Source of the DNA: a virus
Lineage: Duplodnaviria; Caudoviricetes
Strand: one strand, 5' to 3'
IMG/VR virus record: IMGVR_UViG_2706795367_000001
Coordinates: 1 to 64,000 of that record
Length of the DNA stretch: 64,000 bases
In this document: piece after piece, positions 62,826-64,000 of the stretch
How positions within the stretch are numbered: the stretch's first letter is position 1
Layout: each line of letters starts with the position of its first letter
Position numbers and translations under genes: made by a program
Notes under the pieces: model-generated
Databases searched by the model: none
Told to the model about the DNA's origin: nothing
What the model saw: only the letters and a program-made list of their open reading frames with translations

Positions 62826-63097
62826 CGGCGCCCATCTTCTCCCCGGTCGAGTTCAGCCTCTCGGAATTCGAGTTCACCGTCCCTTGCGGGATCGAGGGCT
62901 GCGACCACGACGCCGATTGGATGAGCTGGGGAGACCACTCCGCTTTCGGCTGCCCAGGGTATGGCCCGGTGTGTGAATGGCACCGCCGCCTCACCTTGCG
63001 CTACGTCGAAGGCATCGAGGGACAGGTCGGGCCCTGCAGCCGCTGTAAGCAGCCCCGAGTAATCGGGCCGGATGAATTTAGGTTTATCGAACTGTGA
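62822..63097 (+). CDS. Cys/His-rich hypothetical protein
   Basis: ATGA overlap; several Cys pairs. Confidence 0.7.
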   Translation: MTAPIFSPVEFSLSEFEFTVPCGIEGCDHDADWMSWGDHSAFGCPGYGPVCEWHRRLTLRYVEGIEGQVGPCSRCKQPRVIGPDEFRFIEL

Positions 63098-63525
63098 GCC
63101 TTTCTCGACCCTCGACACCGCGTAGAGAACCCGAGAAGCCAGCCGAAAAGGTGGACCTCAGCCCGCCGACCGCCGCCGACGACCTCCTGCCCGTAACGGT
63201 GGAACGTCGCATTCAGGAGTTGGTCGGGGCACTCGATACGGCACTCGAAGGCTGGCGCACCCTCTTCGGGGAGTACAAGCGGGCCGAGCGCGAGTACGAC
63301 GCGGCCTACGCCATGGCGAAGATCAACGTCGATAAGGACGTGCCGTACAACGACCGCGGTCAACACGCCCAGCTCGCAGTGATGGAGCAGCGCGAGGCCA
63401 AGGATATTGCCGAAGAGGCCTTGAAATACGCCGAGCATCGGCTGGACGCCATCAAAAAGGCCCTGTCCGCCTGGCAGTCAATCGCAAACAGCGTACGAAC
63501 GGCGTATCAAAACTCTGGCCGATAG
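63094..63525 (+). CDS. coiled-coil protein (possible recombination mediator)
   Basis: Long helical hairpin near exonuclease; function is inference. Confidence 0.7.
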   Translation: MSLSRPSTPRREPEKPAEKVDLSPPTAADDLLPVTVERRIQELVGALDTALEGWRTLFGEYKRAEREYDAAYAMAKINVDKDVPYNDRGQHAQLAVMEQREAKDIAEEALKYAEHRLDAIKKALSAWQSIANSVRTAYQNSGR

Positions 63526-63533
63526 AGCTTCCT

Positions 63534-64000
63534 ATGAATGAGTGCAAATTGCCTGAGTGTGAGAAATCAGTTCTCGCCAGGGGGTATTGCGGCATGCATT
63601 ACGCGCGATTCAAAAGGACTGGCGACCCGCGCGGGCTCAAGCGGTTGCCGCCACTCGAACAATTTTGGTCGCAAGTCGACAAAAACGGGCATGGCGGGCG
63701 CTGGCTGTGGACCGCTGGATTACGCGGCGGGTACGGGGCGTGCTCCAGCAAGGTTGTGCCCAGCGGGTCCACGCTGGCTCACCGTGTCGCGTACGAGCTG
63801 AAGCACGGGCCGGTCGAAAAGGGGCTTCACCTTGATCATCTGTGTAGAGTTCCCGCTTGCGTCAATCCTGACCACCTGGAGCCCGTGACACCCGCCGAGA
63901 ACACCCGCCGCGGCTTGCGTGGAGAATTGCGCACCCATTGCGATAACGGTCACGAGCTATCCGGCCATAACGTCATGATGTCACGGGACGGAGTTAGGCG
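63534..64000 (+). CDS. HNH endonuclease (truncated by window end)
   Basis: MNECKLPEC...ARGYCGMHY...AHRVAYE...DHLCRVPACVNPDHLEPVT..EN. Confidence 0.9.
   Translation, partial: MNECKLPECEKSVLARGYCGMHYARFKRTGDPRGLKRLPPLEQFWSQVDKNGHGGRWLWTAGLRGGYGACSSKVVPSGSTLAHRVAYELKHGPVEKGLHLDHLCRVPACVNPDHLEPVTPAENTRRGLRGELRTHCDNGHELSGHNVMMSRDGVR

Noticed and set aside
1-64000. IS/transposase or MPME-type element
   Set aside because: No transposase motifs or terminal inverted repeats recognised by eye; a search could still find a small one.

Overview
Left and central 64 kb of a GC-rich temperate siphophage of mycobacteria. Gene order resembles cluster J (Omega-like) mycobacteriophages: glycosyl/methyltransferases after the capsid gene, a cluster-F-like tail segment, lsr2, and a tyrosine integrase with a tRNA-Leu attP. 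That assignment is inferred from architecture, not from a database search. Layout: HNH and small genes (0.1-3.2 kb); terminase, portal, protease, capsid (3.2-9.4 kb); glycan-modification cassette (9.4-13.5 kb); head-tail and tail genes with a +1 chaperone frameshift and a 1615-aa tape measure (13.5-36.5 kb); HNH-AP2, lysis cassette, NrdH (36.9-40.9 kb); leftward array of ~35 small genes ending in xis (41-50.7 kb); int/attP (50.8-52.3 kb); immunity region (52.8-55.2 kb); rightward early genes (55.2-64 kb). The most notable unexplained features are three. (1) A ~265-nt tetraloop-rich non-coding region followed directly by a 61-nt anticodon-less, CCA-ending tRNA mimic and a terminator (57554-57939). 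(2) A promoter- and terminator-bounded antisense three-hairpin sRNA inside the glycan cassette (12431-12679). (3) A small-gene array built from short identical DNA hinges flanking variable modules (46.2-49.3 kb). All structures were read by eye; none was computed.
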